Assembly: GCA_000146045.2 (NCBI GenBank)
Contig: BK006938.2
Location: 128,001-192,000 of the forward strand
Reading direction: 5' to 3'
DNA: 64,000 nucleotides
Source: TPA_inf: Saccharomyces
Lineage: Eukaryota
Below, in pieces: positions 42,410 through 53,185 of this stretch. Position numbers and translations under genes: made by a program. The notes below the pieces were generated by a model. It was not told the DNA's origin. It saw nothing but the letters and a program-made list of their open reading frames with translations, and searched no databases. The stretch's first letter is position 1. Every line of letters begins with the position of its first letter.

Positions 42410-43930
42410 TTAATACTGGGGTTGTGACTGACCAGGTGGCATCGCCATGAAATGTTCCTGCTGTGGAGGATACCCCTGCTGCGATGGCATTTGCGGTGGA
42501 GGATACGCCTGTTGTTGCTGATGCGAAGGAGGAACCATGAATTGTGGATGATGTTGCTGCGGAGGAATAGCAAATTGTTGCTGAGATGGTAATTGTTGCT
42601 GAGGTATCGCTTGTTGATGATAGCTCTGTTGCTCTATCGGGAATGGGACAGGTACCGTTTCGTCATTTTCAGCCACATACAATGACTTATCGATAGTGGC
42701 CGGAATAGCCGCAATTTCAGTGCCCAGTTCTTGTTCGATTTTATAAAGGTTAAACCGATCATTCCAGTTAATCAAATTGATTGCTAAACCCAAGTGGCCA
42801 AACCTACCGGATCTACCAATACGATGTAAATATGTTTCTGCCGTTTTGGGGAAATCGAAATTGATAACGACATTAACGGCTTGAATATCGATACCACGGG
42901 TCAATAAATCGGAGCAGACCAATGTACGAACCTTACCTTGACGAAATTCGTGGAAAACTTTATTTCTTTCTTGTTGCTTCATTCTTGCATGAGAGTAATA
43001 ACAGGAATAGCCTAAATCAGTGATTTTCTTGGCTAGTAATTCGACACGGTTAGTAGAATTACAAAAAATAATGGCTTGATTAATTTGAAGCTTAGAGAAT
43101 AAAGTATTTAAACAATGTAGCTTTTGTCTTTCTTCAACAAAGGCGTAGTATTGAGTAATACCCTTTAGAGTCAATTCTTCCATCAAATTAATTTCATAAG
43201 GCTTATGCAGATGTTTAACCATGAATTCCTTAACCGTTAGTGGGAAAGTAGCGCTAAATAATAAAGATTGGTGAGTTGGAGGTAAGAAGGATAAGATTTG
43301 TTCAATTATTGTCTTGAAGTCACGAGATAACATTTTATCGGCTTCGTCCATGATGAATAATGAACAATCAGACAGATCTGCTACTTTTCTCGAAGCTAAA
43401 TCCAACACTCTACCAGGAGTACCAACCAAAATATGGACTGTTTCATTTAATCTTAGAATATCGTCTCTCAAATTGGTACCACCAGTGGTCACCATACATG
43501 AAATACCACAGTGTTTTCCCAATGTACGGACGACTTGGGAAGTTTGCAGAGCTAACTCTCTTGTGGGAACCATGATCAAAGCCTGAATTTTATTCAACTT
43601 TGGTTTGACTTTCTCTAACGTAGGAATAACAAATGCGGCTGTCTTACCTGTACCATTCTTTGCTCTGGCCAATATGTCTCTACCAGTTATTGCTACCGGA
43701 ATAGCCTCTTCTTGAATAGGGGATGGTTTTTCAAAACCGGCTTCAAAAATACCCATTAACAGCTCTCTTTTCAAATAAAAATCTTCAAAAGTATTACCCT
43801 TTGTATTTAAGACATCATCTGTCTGTGGTCTGGTATCCTTCTTGGGAATATTCAATGCAGTTTTCCAGTCCCGATCGAGATCCGTATTACTGTTATTATT
43901 AGTGTTGAAGTTATTATTGATGGAACCCAT
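42410..43930 (-). CDS. DHH1: DEAD-box RNA helicase of the DDX6 family, involved in decapping and translation repression (506 aa).
   Basis: The Q-motif (…[26 protein letters not shown]), [12 protein letters not shown] (LFIMDEAD), SAT and [10 protein letters not shown] motifs are present. The C-terminal tail is Q/P-rich. ATG confirmed. Confidence 0.97.
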   Translation of the reverse strand: MGSINNNFNTNNNSNTDLDRDWKTALNIPKKDTRPQTDDVLNTKGNTFEDFYLKRELLMGIFEAGFEKPSPIQEEAIPVAITGRDILARAKNGTGKTAAFVIPTLEKVKPKLNKIQALIMVPTRELALQTSQVVRTLGKHCGISCMVTTGGTNLRDDILRLNETVHILVGTPGRVLDLASRKVADLSDCSLFIMDEADKMLSRDFKTIIEQILSFLPPTHQSLLFSATFPLTVKEFMVKHLHKPYEINLMEELTLKGITQYYAFVEERQKLHCLNTLFSKLQINQAIIFCNSTNRVELLAKKITDLGYSCYYSHARMKQQERNKVFHEFRQGKVRTLVCSDLLTRGIDIQAVNVVINFDFPKTAETYLHRIGRSGRFGHLGLAINLINWNDRFNLYKIEQELGTEIAAIPATIDKSLYVAENDETVPVPFPIEQQSYHQQAIPQQQLPSQQQFAIPPQQHHPQFMVPPSHQQQQAYPPPQMPSQQGYPPQQEHFMAMPPGQSQPQY

Positions 43931-44480
43931 TACTACTATTTTCTTTCTTGTCGTATTTTAGGCCTGGGATAAGTTATTATGCGAATGGCGATGCGGTTAT
44001 GAAGAAATAAAAGGGCTAAAAGTAAGAATTTTCTGCGTCTATCTTTCTATTAGGAATAAAATATGACTATATTTACTATTATTGTTGTTTTGTCGTACAA
44101 TCCTTTATGAATGAAAATATTAAGCTTGTGGTCTTAAAAGAATGTGGATGAAACAAAACTGAATCCAATGATGAGAAATAAATGTACAATCAGATAATAA
44201 ACACTTTTATTGATGATTGTCTTTTCTTGCAAACCCCAATGTTACAATCGCCCATTAGTTCTAAGATTGTGTTGTCCTTTTTCTTACGAAATTTTTTTCC
44301 CTCCCTTTTTTGATCACTGTCCTCGTTATAAGTGATTCGTGGGGTAACGGCGATATCATACTATTATTGGCCCATCTGATGGATTAGAAGACCTACAGGT
44401 TAATGTGAAGCGACACTAATGATAAGAAAACTGCATCGGATCATATCTGTTTTTGCAGCGTGGTATATTGGTTGTTGGTC

Positions 44481-46028
44481 ATGTTTCAACGAAAGACTTT
44501 ACAGAGAAGGAACTTGAAAGGGCTCAATCTTAACCTGCACCCAGATGTGGGCAATAATGGCCAATTGCAGGAAAAGACAGAGACTCACCAGGGACAATCT
44601 CGAATAGAAGGCCACGTGATGTCTAACATTAATGCAATACAGAATAATAGCAACCTGTTTTTGCGAAGAGGCATAAAAAAAAAACTGACGTTGGATGCGT
44701 TTGGTGATGACCAAGCTATATCGAAACCAAACACTGTGGTAATACAGCAACCGCAAAATGAACCTGTTTTAGTTCTGTCTTCTCTATCACAATCCCCGTG
44801 TGTATCATCATCATCATCTTTGTCCACGCCATGCATTATAGATGCGTACAGTAATAATTTCGGATTATCGCCATCATCCACGAATTCTACTCCCTCTACG
44901 ATTCAGGGATTGTCCAATATTGCAACACCAGTTGAAAACGAACATTCGATATCACTACCACCTTTGGAGGAAAGCCTATCGCCAGCCGCAGCAGATCTGA
45001 AAGATACGTTGTCGGGAACTTCAAATGGTAATTATATACAACTCCAGGACTTGGTTCAGTTGGGGAAAATTGGTGCTGGAAATTCTGGAACTGTGGTGAA
45101 GGCACTACATGTTCCTGATTCCAAAATAGTTGCCAAAAAAACCATTCCTGTGGAACAGAATAACAGTACAATCATCAACCAATTAGTTAGGGAATTATCT
45201 ATCGTCAAAAACGTTAAGCCCCATGAAAACATTATCACCTTCTATGGAGCTTATTATAACCAGCATATAAATAATGAAATCATAATTTTAATGGAATACT
45301 CTGATTGTGGTTCTTTAGATAAAATACTGTCCGTTTATAAAAGGTTTGTTCAAAGAGGGACTGTTTCGAGTAAGAAAACCTGGTTCAACGAATTAACAAT
45401 ATCAAAAATAGCGTATGGCGTACTAAATGGCTTGGATCATTTGTACCGACAATATAAGATCATTCATCGTGATATCAAGCCTTCCAATGTTCTGATTAAT
45501 AGTAAGGGGCAGATTAAGTTATGTGATTTTGGAGTTTCCAAAAAACTAATAAATTCTATCGCTGATACATTTGTTGGAACGTCCACTTATATGTCACCAG
45601 AGAGGATACAAGGAAACGTTTATTCTATCAAAGGGGACGTTTGGTCATTGGGCTTAATGATCATCGAGCTGGTAACTGGAGAGTTTCCCCTAGGTGGGCA
45701 TAACGATACACCTGATGGCATATTGGATTTGCTGCAACGTATTGTCAACGAGCCTTCACCAAGATTACCCAAAGACCGTATCTATTCCAAGGAAATGACA
45801 GATTTTGTCAATAGGTGTTGTATTAAGAATGAAAGGGAAAGGTCATCGATTCATGAATTGCTACATCATGATCTTATAATGAAATACGTATCACCGTCTA
45901 AAGATGATAAATTTAGACATTGGTGTAGAAAAATAAAATCTAAAATAAAGGAAGACAAGAGAATTAAAAGAGAAGCCTTGGACCGTGCCAAGTTAGAAAA
46001 GAAACAATCGGAAAGATCAACCCATTGA
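44481..46028 (+). CDS. STE7: MAPKK of the pheromone-response and filamentous-growth pathways (515 aa).
   Basis: ATG at 44481 gives MFQRKTLQRRNLKGLNLNL…. The kinase motifs GAGNSGTV…AKK, HRDIKPSNVL, DFG and MSPE are present. The ORF-track start 44460 is GTG. Confidence 0.95.
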   Translation: MFQRKTLQRRNLKGLNLNLHPDVGNNGQLQEKTETHQGQSRIEGHVMSNINAIQNNSNLFLRRGIKKKLTLDAFGDDQAISKPNTVVIQQPQNEPVLVLSSLSQSPCVSSSSSLSTPCIIDAYSNNFGLSPSSTNSTPSTIQGLSNIATPVENEHSISLPPLEESLSPAAADLKDTLSGTSNGNYIQLQDLVQLGKIGAGNSGTVVKALHVPDSKIVAKKTIPVEQNNSTIINQLVRELSIVKNVKPHENIITFYGAYYNQHINNEIIILMEYSDCGSLDKILSVYKRFVQRGTVSSKKTWFNELTISKIAYGVLNGLDHLYRQYKIIHRDIKPSNVLINSKGQIKLCDFGVSKKLINSIADTFVGTSTYMSPERIQGNVYSIKGDVWSLGLMIIELVTGEFPLGGHNDTPDGILDLLQRIVNEPSPRLPKDRIYSKEMTDFVNRCCIKNERERSSIHELLHHDLIMKYVSPSKDDKFRHWCRKIKSKIKEDKRIKREALDRAKLEKKQSERSTH

Positions 46029-46231
46029 ATGCATGCGATAACATTAGTTAGGAACATATTGCACTTTTTTTCACATCCCTTTCTCAAAGCTATATTCATA
46101 TATATATAGACTCTCCTGATTATGTAAATCACAAACCAATTTTCTAATGTAACAATATTTTTAAAAATAATCATCAAAGTAGCACTTTATGTACAGAAAA
46201 TTTCACGATTGAGAGAAGCTTGCGAATAATA

Positions 46232-46588
46232 CTAGTTAGCCTGTGTTTCACCATCGTTACTTAATTTCTTATAGTTCTTATATTCTTTATTTTTATGCCA
46301 CAACCAACCTTCGGTTCCTCTAACGAAACCGAAGGCGATTAATAACCCACCGAAGCTACGTAAAGTTACTTTCCACCATTGTGGGTTTCTTTTTTCAAAT
46401 TCAGTCAGAGAAATGCCTCTTTTGGCTTCTTTTTTACCATACTTGAATGGTTTCCCAGATGCCAAGTATGAGCCAAATCCAACAGAAAACATAGTGCTCA
46501 TGACTTGACAAGGAACGCAATCCATAGTCTCTTCTTTTTCCAGCTCCCTTTGTGGTGGAGGGTTGAACACTGCCAAAATATTACTCAT
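46232..46588 (-). CDS. YDL157C, a small mitochondrial protein of unknown function (118 aa).
   Basis: MSNILAVFNPPPQRELEKEETMDCVPCQVMSTMFSVGFGSYLASGKPFKYGKK… ATG confirmed. Length and position match YDL157C. Confidence 0.82.
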   Translation of the reverse strand: MSNILAVFNPPPQRELEKEETMDCVPCQVMSTMFSVGFGSYLASGKPFKYGKKEAKRGISLTEFEKRNPQWWKVTLRSFGGLLIAFGFVRGTEGWLWHKNKEYKNYKKLSNDGETQAN

Positions 46589-46917
46589 TGTTTTTCACCA
46601 CTTGCTGTTTCTCTCTAAGCGGTGTTTTGTTTCCTACTTGGTGGCACACAATGACTGTACTCGCTTTATATGCTCGTACCTTTTTTCAAAAGCCCATCGT
46701 TAATTTTTCACCCGAGGACCCCATATTACGCGTTTTTTGTTAATGTTCAATTTCTGACATGTTACAATTATAATAACGCCAAAAGAGGTAAATGTATATT
46801 TGAACAATTGTTAAAGAGAAGATAAAAACCCTTTAATCTTGCATTTGTCGTCAATAGTACACAATAGGCGATCTATTTTAGTACGGCAATTAAAAGAAAG
46901 CTGCTTTTCAGTCAAGA

Positions 46918-48486
46918 ATGCCGGAATTAACAGAATTTCAGAAAAAACGTTTAGAGAACATCAAAAGGAATAACGATTTATTGAAAAAACTCCATTTGTC
47001 TGGAGTAGCATCTCAAATTAAGCACGAGGCTGGGGTGTTGGAAAAATCTAGAGCTCCTGCAAAAAAGAAACAAAAAACAACTAATACCAGAGCAACCAAG
47101 TCTGCGAGTCCCACTTTACCTACACGAAGATCAAGAAGGCTAAGGGGTGAGTCTGCAGACGATGTGAAAGGAATACCCAATGTGAACGATAATCAGTTGC
47201 TTAAAATGGGTTCTCCAGATGGCCAGGATAAGAATTTTATAGACGCAATAAAGGAGAAACCTGTAATAGGAGATGTGAAATTAAGTGATCTGATCAAGGA
47301 TGAAGACGAAAGTGCCCTTTTAGAGAAATTCAAGAGGTTTAATAACGGAAACTTTTCTTCTGGTGATTTCTTTGAAGAAATAAAAAAGAGACAGGGTGAC
47401 GTTACGGGGATGGACGAATTTGATTTGGATCTATATGACGTTTTTCAACCGAACGAAATTAAGATTACATACGAAAGAATCTCTGCCACTTACTTCCATC
47501 CTGCTATGGAAAAAAAGCTAATAATTGCAGGTGATACAAGCGGTACTGTGGGTTTTTGGAACGTTAGAGATGAACCACTAGCTGACAGCGAAGAGGACCG
47601 AATGGAAGAACCCGATATCACCAGAGTGAAACTATTTACCAAAAACGTCGGCCGTATTGATTGCTTCCCTGCGGACACATCGAAGATATTGCTCACCTCT
47701 TACGACGGAAGCATCAGGTCAGTTCACTTGAATAACTTACAGAGTGAAGAGGTTCTCACCTTGAAAAATGAATATGACGATTCACTGGGTATCAGCGATT
47801 GCCAGTTTAGCTACGAAAACCCAAATGTTTTATTCCTCACCACATTAGGTGGTGAATTCACCACGTTTGACACAAGAGTAAAAAAATCAGAGTATAATCT
47901 GCGAAGACTCGCAGACAAGAAGATCGGGTCTATGGCAATAAATCCCATGAGACCCTACGAGATTGCCACCGGATCACTTGATAGAACACTCAAAATCTGG
48001 GATACAAGAAACCTTGTTAAAAAGCCAGAGTGGTCACAATATGAAGACTATCCCAGTCATGAAATTGTCTCCACATATGACTCAAGATTGAGCGTCTCTG
48101 CAGTTTCTTACTCACCGACAGATGGCACCTTAGTGTGCAATGGCTATGACGATACCATCCGCTTATTCGATGTCAAGAGTAGGGATCACCTTTCTGCGAA
48201 GTTGGAGCCCAAACTAACGATTCAGCACAATTGCCAAACAGGAAGATGGACAAGCATCCTCAAGGCCAGGTTCAAGCCGAACAAGAATGTTTTTGCAATA
48301 GCTAACATGAAGCGCGCCATCGACATATACAACAGCGAAGGCCAGCAACTGGCTCACCTACCCACAGCTACTGTCCCAGCTGTAATTAGTTGGCACCCGC
48401 TGCGAAACTGGATTGCAGGTGGTAATTCTAGCGGCAAAATATTCCTCTTTACTGATGACTCCGGAACCATAAAGCAGGAAGAATGA
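46918..48486 (+). CDS. CMR1: WD40-repeat nuclear protein that binds damaged DNA and chromatin (522 aa).
   Basis: [29 protein letters not shown]… is a basic N-terminus. WD-like blocks include …[11 protein letters not shown]… and …[10 protein letters not shown]…. ATG at 46918. Confidence 0.9.
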
Positions 48487-48772
48487 AAACATCTCAGTTA
48501 CCCGCACTGCCTTTTTTCTCTCCCGCTTTTCAGCAGAACGAGGCGACAAGCGAAGGAACAAAACAAAACAAAAGAAAACAAAAATATTGAAATGCAAGAA
48601 CATGGACACATAAAAACATTTTTGATCCGGTCGAAAGAAAACGATCAGAAATTTTTAGCTGCTTGCTTAGAAGAAAAGAAAAGAAAATTGCAGAGAAAAA
48701 GCTATTTATTGTTTCTGTCCTTCGCTTTAAAACATAGAGATATTTTGTCCTTTTTATCATTGCTTATTATAA

Positions 48773-50056
48773 ATGCATCATAACTCACAGTCTTTGAGCT
48801 CTGGACACATCAGGAGCCCCGAGGATGAAAATGTGGCACCTATAGGTAATCTTAAACACAGGACTGGATCCCTCAGTCATATTTCATCTGCGCACCCGAG
48901 GGTCGCACTTAGCGACGTTACCAATATAGTTGCGACAAACTCTAGCAACAACAGCATAAGTAAGCCAAAAGTCGCCCCAATTAAAGAAAGATTGGATTCA
49001 GCTGCGATAATTGAGGAAGAAAGGCTGGATGCGAATAGTGTTGCACAGAGAAAAGAAGCTGATCATAACGATTTGTTAACGGACAGGGAACAAGAGGAAC
49101 CCGTTGAAGACGACGGAGAAAGCGAAGAGGATGAAGAAGAAGACCAGGAGCCTCTACTGTTGCAACATTATGCTAGTGATACATTGGTCTGGGAGCATGC
49201 ATTTAGAACTTACTATAGAACTACATTAGATCCCAATGATGATGACGTGTACGATGTGGTCATGGTTGCCGAATTATCTAATGAGATATTCGAGTATATG
49301 AGGAAATTGGAAGACCTGTATAAACCCAACCCGTACTACATGGATAAACAACCAGAGTTAAGATGGTCGTTTCGAAGCACACTGATTGATTGGATCGTCC
49401 AAGTACATGAAAAATTTCAACTTTTACCTGAAACTCTATATCTCTGCATTAATATAATAGACAGATATCTGTGCAAAGAAGTTGTTCCTGTAAATAAGTT
49501 CCAACTTGTGGGTGCAGCCTCACTCTTCATTGCTGCTAAATATGAGGAAATCAACTGTCCTACAATCAAGGATTTCGTATACATGTCAGAAAACTGCTAC
49601 TCAAGGAACGACCTGCTGGACGCAGAAAGAACTATTTTGAACGGCTTAGAATTTGAATTGGGTTGGCCTGGTCCGATGTCATTTTTACGAAGAATCAGTA
49701 AGGCAGACGATTACGAGCATGATACGAGAACACTGGCCAAATATCTATTGGAATCCACAATAATGGACCATCGACTGGTTTCCGCTCAACCTAGTTGGTT
49801 AGCTGCCGGTGCATACTTTCTAAGTAAGATTATTCTGGGCCAAAATCAGTGGTCTCTGGCGCACGTCTACTATTCCAATTATACACAAGAACAAATTCTT
49901 CCGTTGGCCACCATTATTTTAGAAAATTGCAGATATGCCTCTAAACGTCATAACGCCATATGGAGAAAATATTCTTCACGTCGTTATTTGCATTCTTCAC
50001 AGATCGTAGCGAAGTGGATAGCATTAGCTGAACACAGAGTAGAAAGATCTAACTAA
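48773..50056 (+). CDS. CLB3: B-type cyclin (427 aa).
   Basis: The N-terminal destruction box RVALSDVTN is present. The cyclin box is …MRKLEDLYKPNPYYMDKQPELRWSFRSTLIDWIVQVHEKFQLLPETLYLCINIIDRYL…. ATG at 48773. Confidence 0.94.
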   Translation: MHHNSQSLSSGHIRSPEDENVAPIGNLKHRTGSLSHISSAHPRVALSDVTNIVATNSSNNSISKPKVAPIKERLDSAAIIEEERLDANSVAQRKEADHNDLLTDREQEEPVEDDGESEEDEEEDQEPLLLQHYASDTLVWEHAFRTYYRTTLDPNDDDVYDVVMVAELSNEIFEYMRKLEDLYKPNPYYMDKQPELRWSFRSTLIDWIVQVHEKFQLLPETLYLCINIIDRYLCKEVVPVNKFQLVGAASLFIAAKYEEINCPTIKDFVYMSENCYSRNDLLDAERTILNGLEFELGWPGPMSFLRRISKADDYEHDTRTLAKYLLESTIMDHRLVSAQPSWLAAGAYFLSKIILGQNQWSLAHVYYSNYTQEQILPLATIILENCRYASKRHNAIWRKYSSRRYLHSSQIVAKWIALAEHRVERSN

Positions 50057-50234
50057 AAAGCCTCAGCTCGAGACATGGCATCAACAAAGGAAAAAGGATT
50101 CATTACCGTCTTTTGCACACAAAAACTTTAATCATCAGTAATAAACATATGTAACTTTTTAACCTTAAAACATACTAATCTCCGTACTTTTTTTAAAGCA
50201 TCCACAATCCATATGGATATGACGCGAAATTAGC

Positions 50235-50244
50235 TCGGCGGTTA
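50235..50244 (+). promoter_or_regulatory. URS1-like element TCGGCGGTTA (consensus TCGGCGGCTA) about 95 bp upstream of meiosis-specific MSH5.
   Basis: agcTCGGCGGTTAatt. Nine of ten positions match the Ume6 site core. Confidence 0.5.
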
Positions 50245-50333
50245 ATTATTAAAAAATTGAAGCTAAAATCAAGGTTAACAAAACAACTCATTCAAAATAA
50301 CTTACTCATTCATATACTGCCACCAAATGGAAT

Positions 50334-53039
50334 ATGTCCCATGAATGGCTCATAAGCGCATCGGAAACAATGAGAAGCATTGGTAATGGGGAAGGTTTGC
50401 GGGATAAAGGTGCTGTCGTTGCCAACAATGACGGAGAATTTAACGAAGGTGATACAAATCGTGAAGAGGATAGCTCTACCATTTTCTCCTTCGATTTTGA
50501 CGAGGAGATTGTAATGTGTATTGACTTTTCTGGAGGAAAACTCGGGTGTTCTATTTTAGATTATCATACCAAGACTTTGAAAGCGTTTGACCAGGACTAC
50601 GTGGTCAATAAAACAACAATTTCGTCTCATGATCTTATCGATGATGCAGATATGTCTTCAAACGACATAAGTCTGTTACTTGGACTTTTAATAATGGAAG
50701 CAAACCCAACTGTATGCCTAGTGCCGGCAAGATTGGAGGATTGGATTTTCGACTACATTAAGACAAAATGCGATGAGATAAACTGTAGGCTAGAACTACA
50801 ACCAATAAAACGTTTCAAAAAATGGGACTTATTGCAGTCATTGCAGTTAAGGGGTCATGATAATCAGACTATATTGAACGACATATTATCAAATAGCAAA
50901 TTTACCACCACAGTCACCTTAGGTACAGTGGGATGCATCCTTGCAAATCATGAACAACTTGGTGAATACAATGACAGTACTGCTTCAAGTAATATGGTAA
51001 CAGGACGATTAGTTCAGAATGCTTTTGAAGATGTGATACATGGCATAAGGTATATCGACATAAGGGATCGGATGGTACTGGATGAAAATACTATATCGGC
51101 TTTGCATATTTTTCCAACAGCTCATAAACTGGGCCATGATAAGATGATGAGAAATGGTTTCTTTAGTGTATTTGAACTATTCAATCAAGTGTCTTCGGAC
51201 TACGCCAGGAGAATTTTGAAGTCTTGGCTTATTAACCCATTAACCAATAAAAAACGGATAGAAACAAGATACAGCATCATAAGAACCTTATTGGATAAAC
51301 AAAACGCCATCATTTTTAGTGACCTTAGCCAATCAATAAAAAGATGTCCAGACGCTTTTGGGTTTATAAATCAGTTAAGAAGTGGTAAATCGACATTAGG
51401 GACATGGTCCAAGGTTGCAAGTTTTTTAGAAAAAGGAATAGCTATATTTCAACTGGTGTCGTCCTTGAAATTAGGTTCAGACGAAGCCAACATTTTACAT
51501 GATATCAAAAATAAGGTTGATATATCAGCTTTAAAGGAATGTTTGAGAAAAGTAGAAACGGTAATAGATTTTGACACATCAAGAGATACCAAGACGCTCA
51601 CGATAAATACGGGGGTTGACAACAGATTAGACGAATGCAGAAATATTTATAATCATTTGGAAGGGATCTTACTGGATGTCGCAAGAGAAACTCAAATTTT
51701 TTTACTGAATACTATGCCTCAAGAAGATTGTAAGACAACAAAGAGTTTAGAAAAGTTAGTGAATGCTGTTTATATTCCCCAATTAGGATACTTAGTAACC
51801 ATTAGCGTCTTAATGGAACCTTTATTGGATGGCATTCCAAACCTTCAATGGGAAGAGATCTTTAGGAGTTCAGAAAATATATACTTCAAAAATGGCAGGG
51901 TTCTTGAGCTGGATGAAACATACGGCGATATTTATGGCGCGATTTCAGATTTTGAAATTGAAATCCTGTTTTCCTTACAAGAACAAATTCTGAGAAGAAA
52001 GACTCAACTCACTGCTTACAATATACTGCTTAGTGAACTGGAAATATTATTATCGTTCGCTCAAGTGTCTGCTGAAAGGAATTATGCAGAGCCTCAATTG
52101 GTGGAAGATGAGTGCATATTGGAAATTATTAACGGAAGACATGCTTTGTATGAAACATTCCTTGATAATTATATCCCCAATAGCACAATGATTGATGGCG
52201 GGCTATTTTCTGAATTAAGTTGGTGTGAACAAAATAAAGGAAGAATCATTGTAGTCACTGGCGCTAATGCATCTGGAAAGTCTGTATATCTTACACAGAA
52301 TGGTTTAATTGTGTACTTGGCACAAATTGGTTGTTTTGTTCCAGCAGAGAGAGCGAGAATTGGAATAGCGGATAAAATATTAACTAGAATCAGGACTCAA
52401 GAAACTGTTTATAAGACTCAAAGTTCCTTTTTGCTAGATTCTCAACAAATGGCAAAATCACTGAGTTTGGCCACTGAAAAAAGTCTCATTTTAATTGATG
52501 AATACGGCAAAGGTACTGATATTTTAGATGGACCTTCACTATTTGGTTCCATAATGCTCAATATGTCCAAGAGTGAAAAATGTCCACGCATAATCGCATG
52601 TACACACTTTCATGAACTATTTAACGAAAATGTACTCACAGAGAATATAAAAGGTATCAAACATTACTGCACTGATATACTTATCAGCCAAAAATATAAT
52701 CTTTTAGAAACAGCACATGTCGGAGAAGATCATGAAAGTGAGGGAATCACATTCCTATTCAAAGTAAAGGAGGGGATCTCAAAGCAGTCATTTGGCATAT
52801 ATTGCGCAAAAGTATGTGGTTTGAGCAGAGATATTGTGGAAAGGGCTGAAGAACTATCTCGCATGATTAATAGAGGCGATGACGTAGTTCAGCAATGTGG
52901 AAATCTGACCGAAAAGGAGATGAGAGAATTCCAAAAGAATCAGGAAATAGTGAAAAAGTTTTTATCTTGGGATTTGGATCTCGAAACTACAACAACTTCC
53001 GAGAATCTCAGGCTTAAATTGAAAAATTTCCTTCGCTAA
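50334..53039 (+). CDS. MSH5: Meiosis-specific MutS homologue that promotes crossovers (901 aa).
   Basis: The MutS ATPase Walker A motif …VVTGANASGKSVYLTQNG… and Walker B …LILIDEYGKGT… are present. ATG at 50334. Confidence 0.94.
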   Translation: MSHEWLISASETMRSIGNGEGLRDKGAVVANNDGEFNEGDTNREEDSSTIFSFDFDEEIVMCIDFSGGKLGCSILDYHTKTLKAFDQDYVVNKTTISSHDLIDDADMSSNDISLLLGLLIMEANPTVCLVPARLEDWIFDYIKTKCDEINCRLELQPIKRFKKWDLLQSLQLRGHDNQTILNDILSNSKFTTTVTLGTVGCILANHEQLGEYNDSTASSNMVTGRLVQNAFEDVIHGIRYIDIRDRMVLDENTISALHIFPTAHKLGHDKMMRNGFFSVFELFNQVSSDYARRILKSWLINPLTNKKRIETRYSIIRTLLDKQNAIIFSDLSQSIKRCPDAFGFINQLRSGKSTLGTWSKVASFLEKGIAIFQLVSSLKLGSDEANILHDIKNKVDISALKECLRKVETVIDFDTSRDTKTLTINTGVDNRLDECRNIYNHLEGILLDVARETQIFLLNTMPQEDCKTTKSLEKLVNAVYIPQLGYLVTISVLMEPLLDGIPNLQWEEIFRSSENIYFKNGRVLELDETYGDIYGAISDFEIEILFSLQEQILRRKTQLTAYNILLSELEILLSFAQVSAERNYAEPQLVEDECILEIINGRHALYETFLDNYIPNSTMIDGGLFSELSWCEQNKGRIIVVTGANASGKSVYLTQNGLIVYLAQIGCFVPAERARIGIADKILTRIRTQETVYKTQSSFLLDSQQMAKSLSLATEKSLILIDEYGKGTDILDGPSLFGSIMLNMSKSEKCPRIIACTHFHELFNENVLTENIKGIKHYCTDILISQKYNLLETAHVGEDHESEGITFLFKVKEGISKQSFGIYCAKVCGLSRDIVERAEELSRMINRGDDVVQQCGNLTEKEMREFQKNQEIVKKFLSWDLDLETTTTSENLRLKLKNFLR

Positions 53040-53185
53040 TATATCAAAGAATAAAAAAACGCTTACTTGTAACATATTTAAGTTAATAAATGTCAAGCGG
53101 TTGCTCTTTTCTTATAAAAATATATTGTATGGGTACAAAAATTTTGACACCACTACTTGGGTAAATACTACATATGTAAATTTTT

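Noticed and set aside
44149-44155. Single TGAAACA pheromone-response element between DHH1 and STE7.
   Set aside because: One isolated heptamer is expected by chance. STE7 is not known as a strongly pheromone-induced gene, so this is insufficient to call.
44499-45238. Four minus-strand ORFs (60 to 98 aa) inside STE7 (dubious YDL158C region).
   Set aside because: They are antisense to the kinase CDS.
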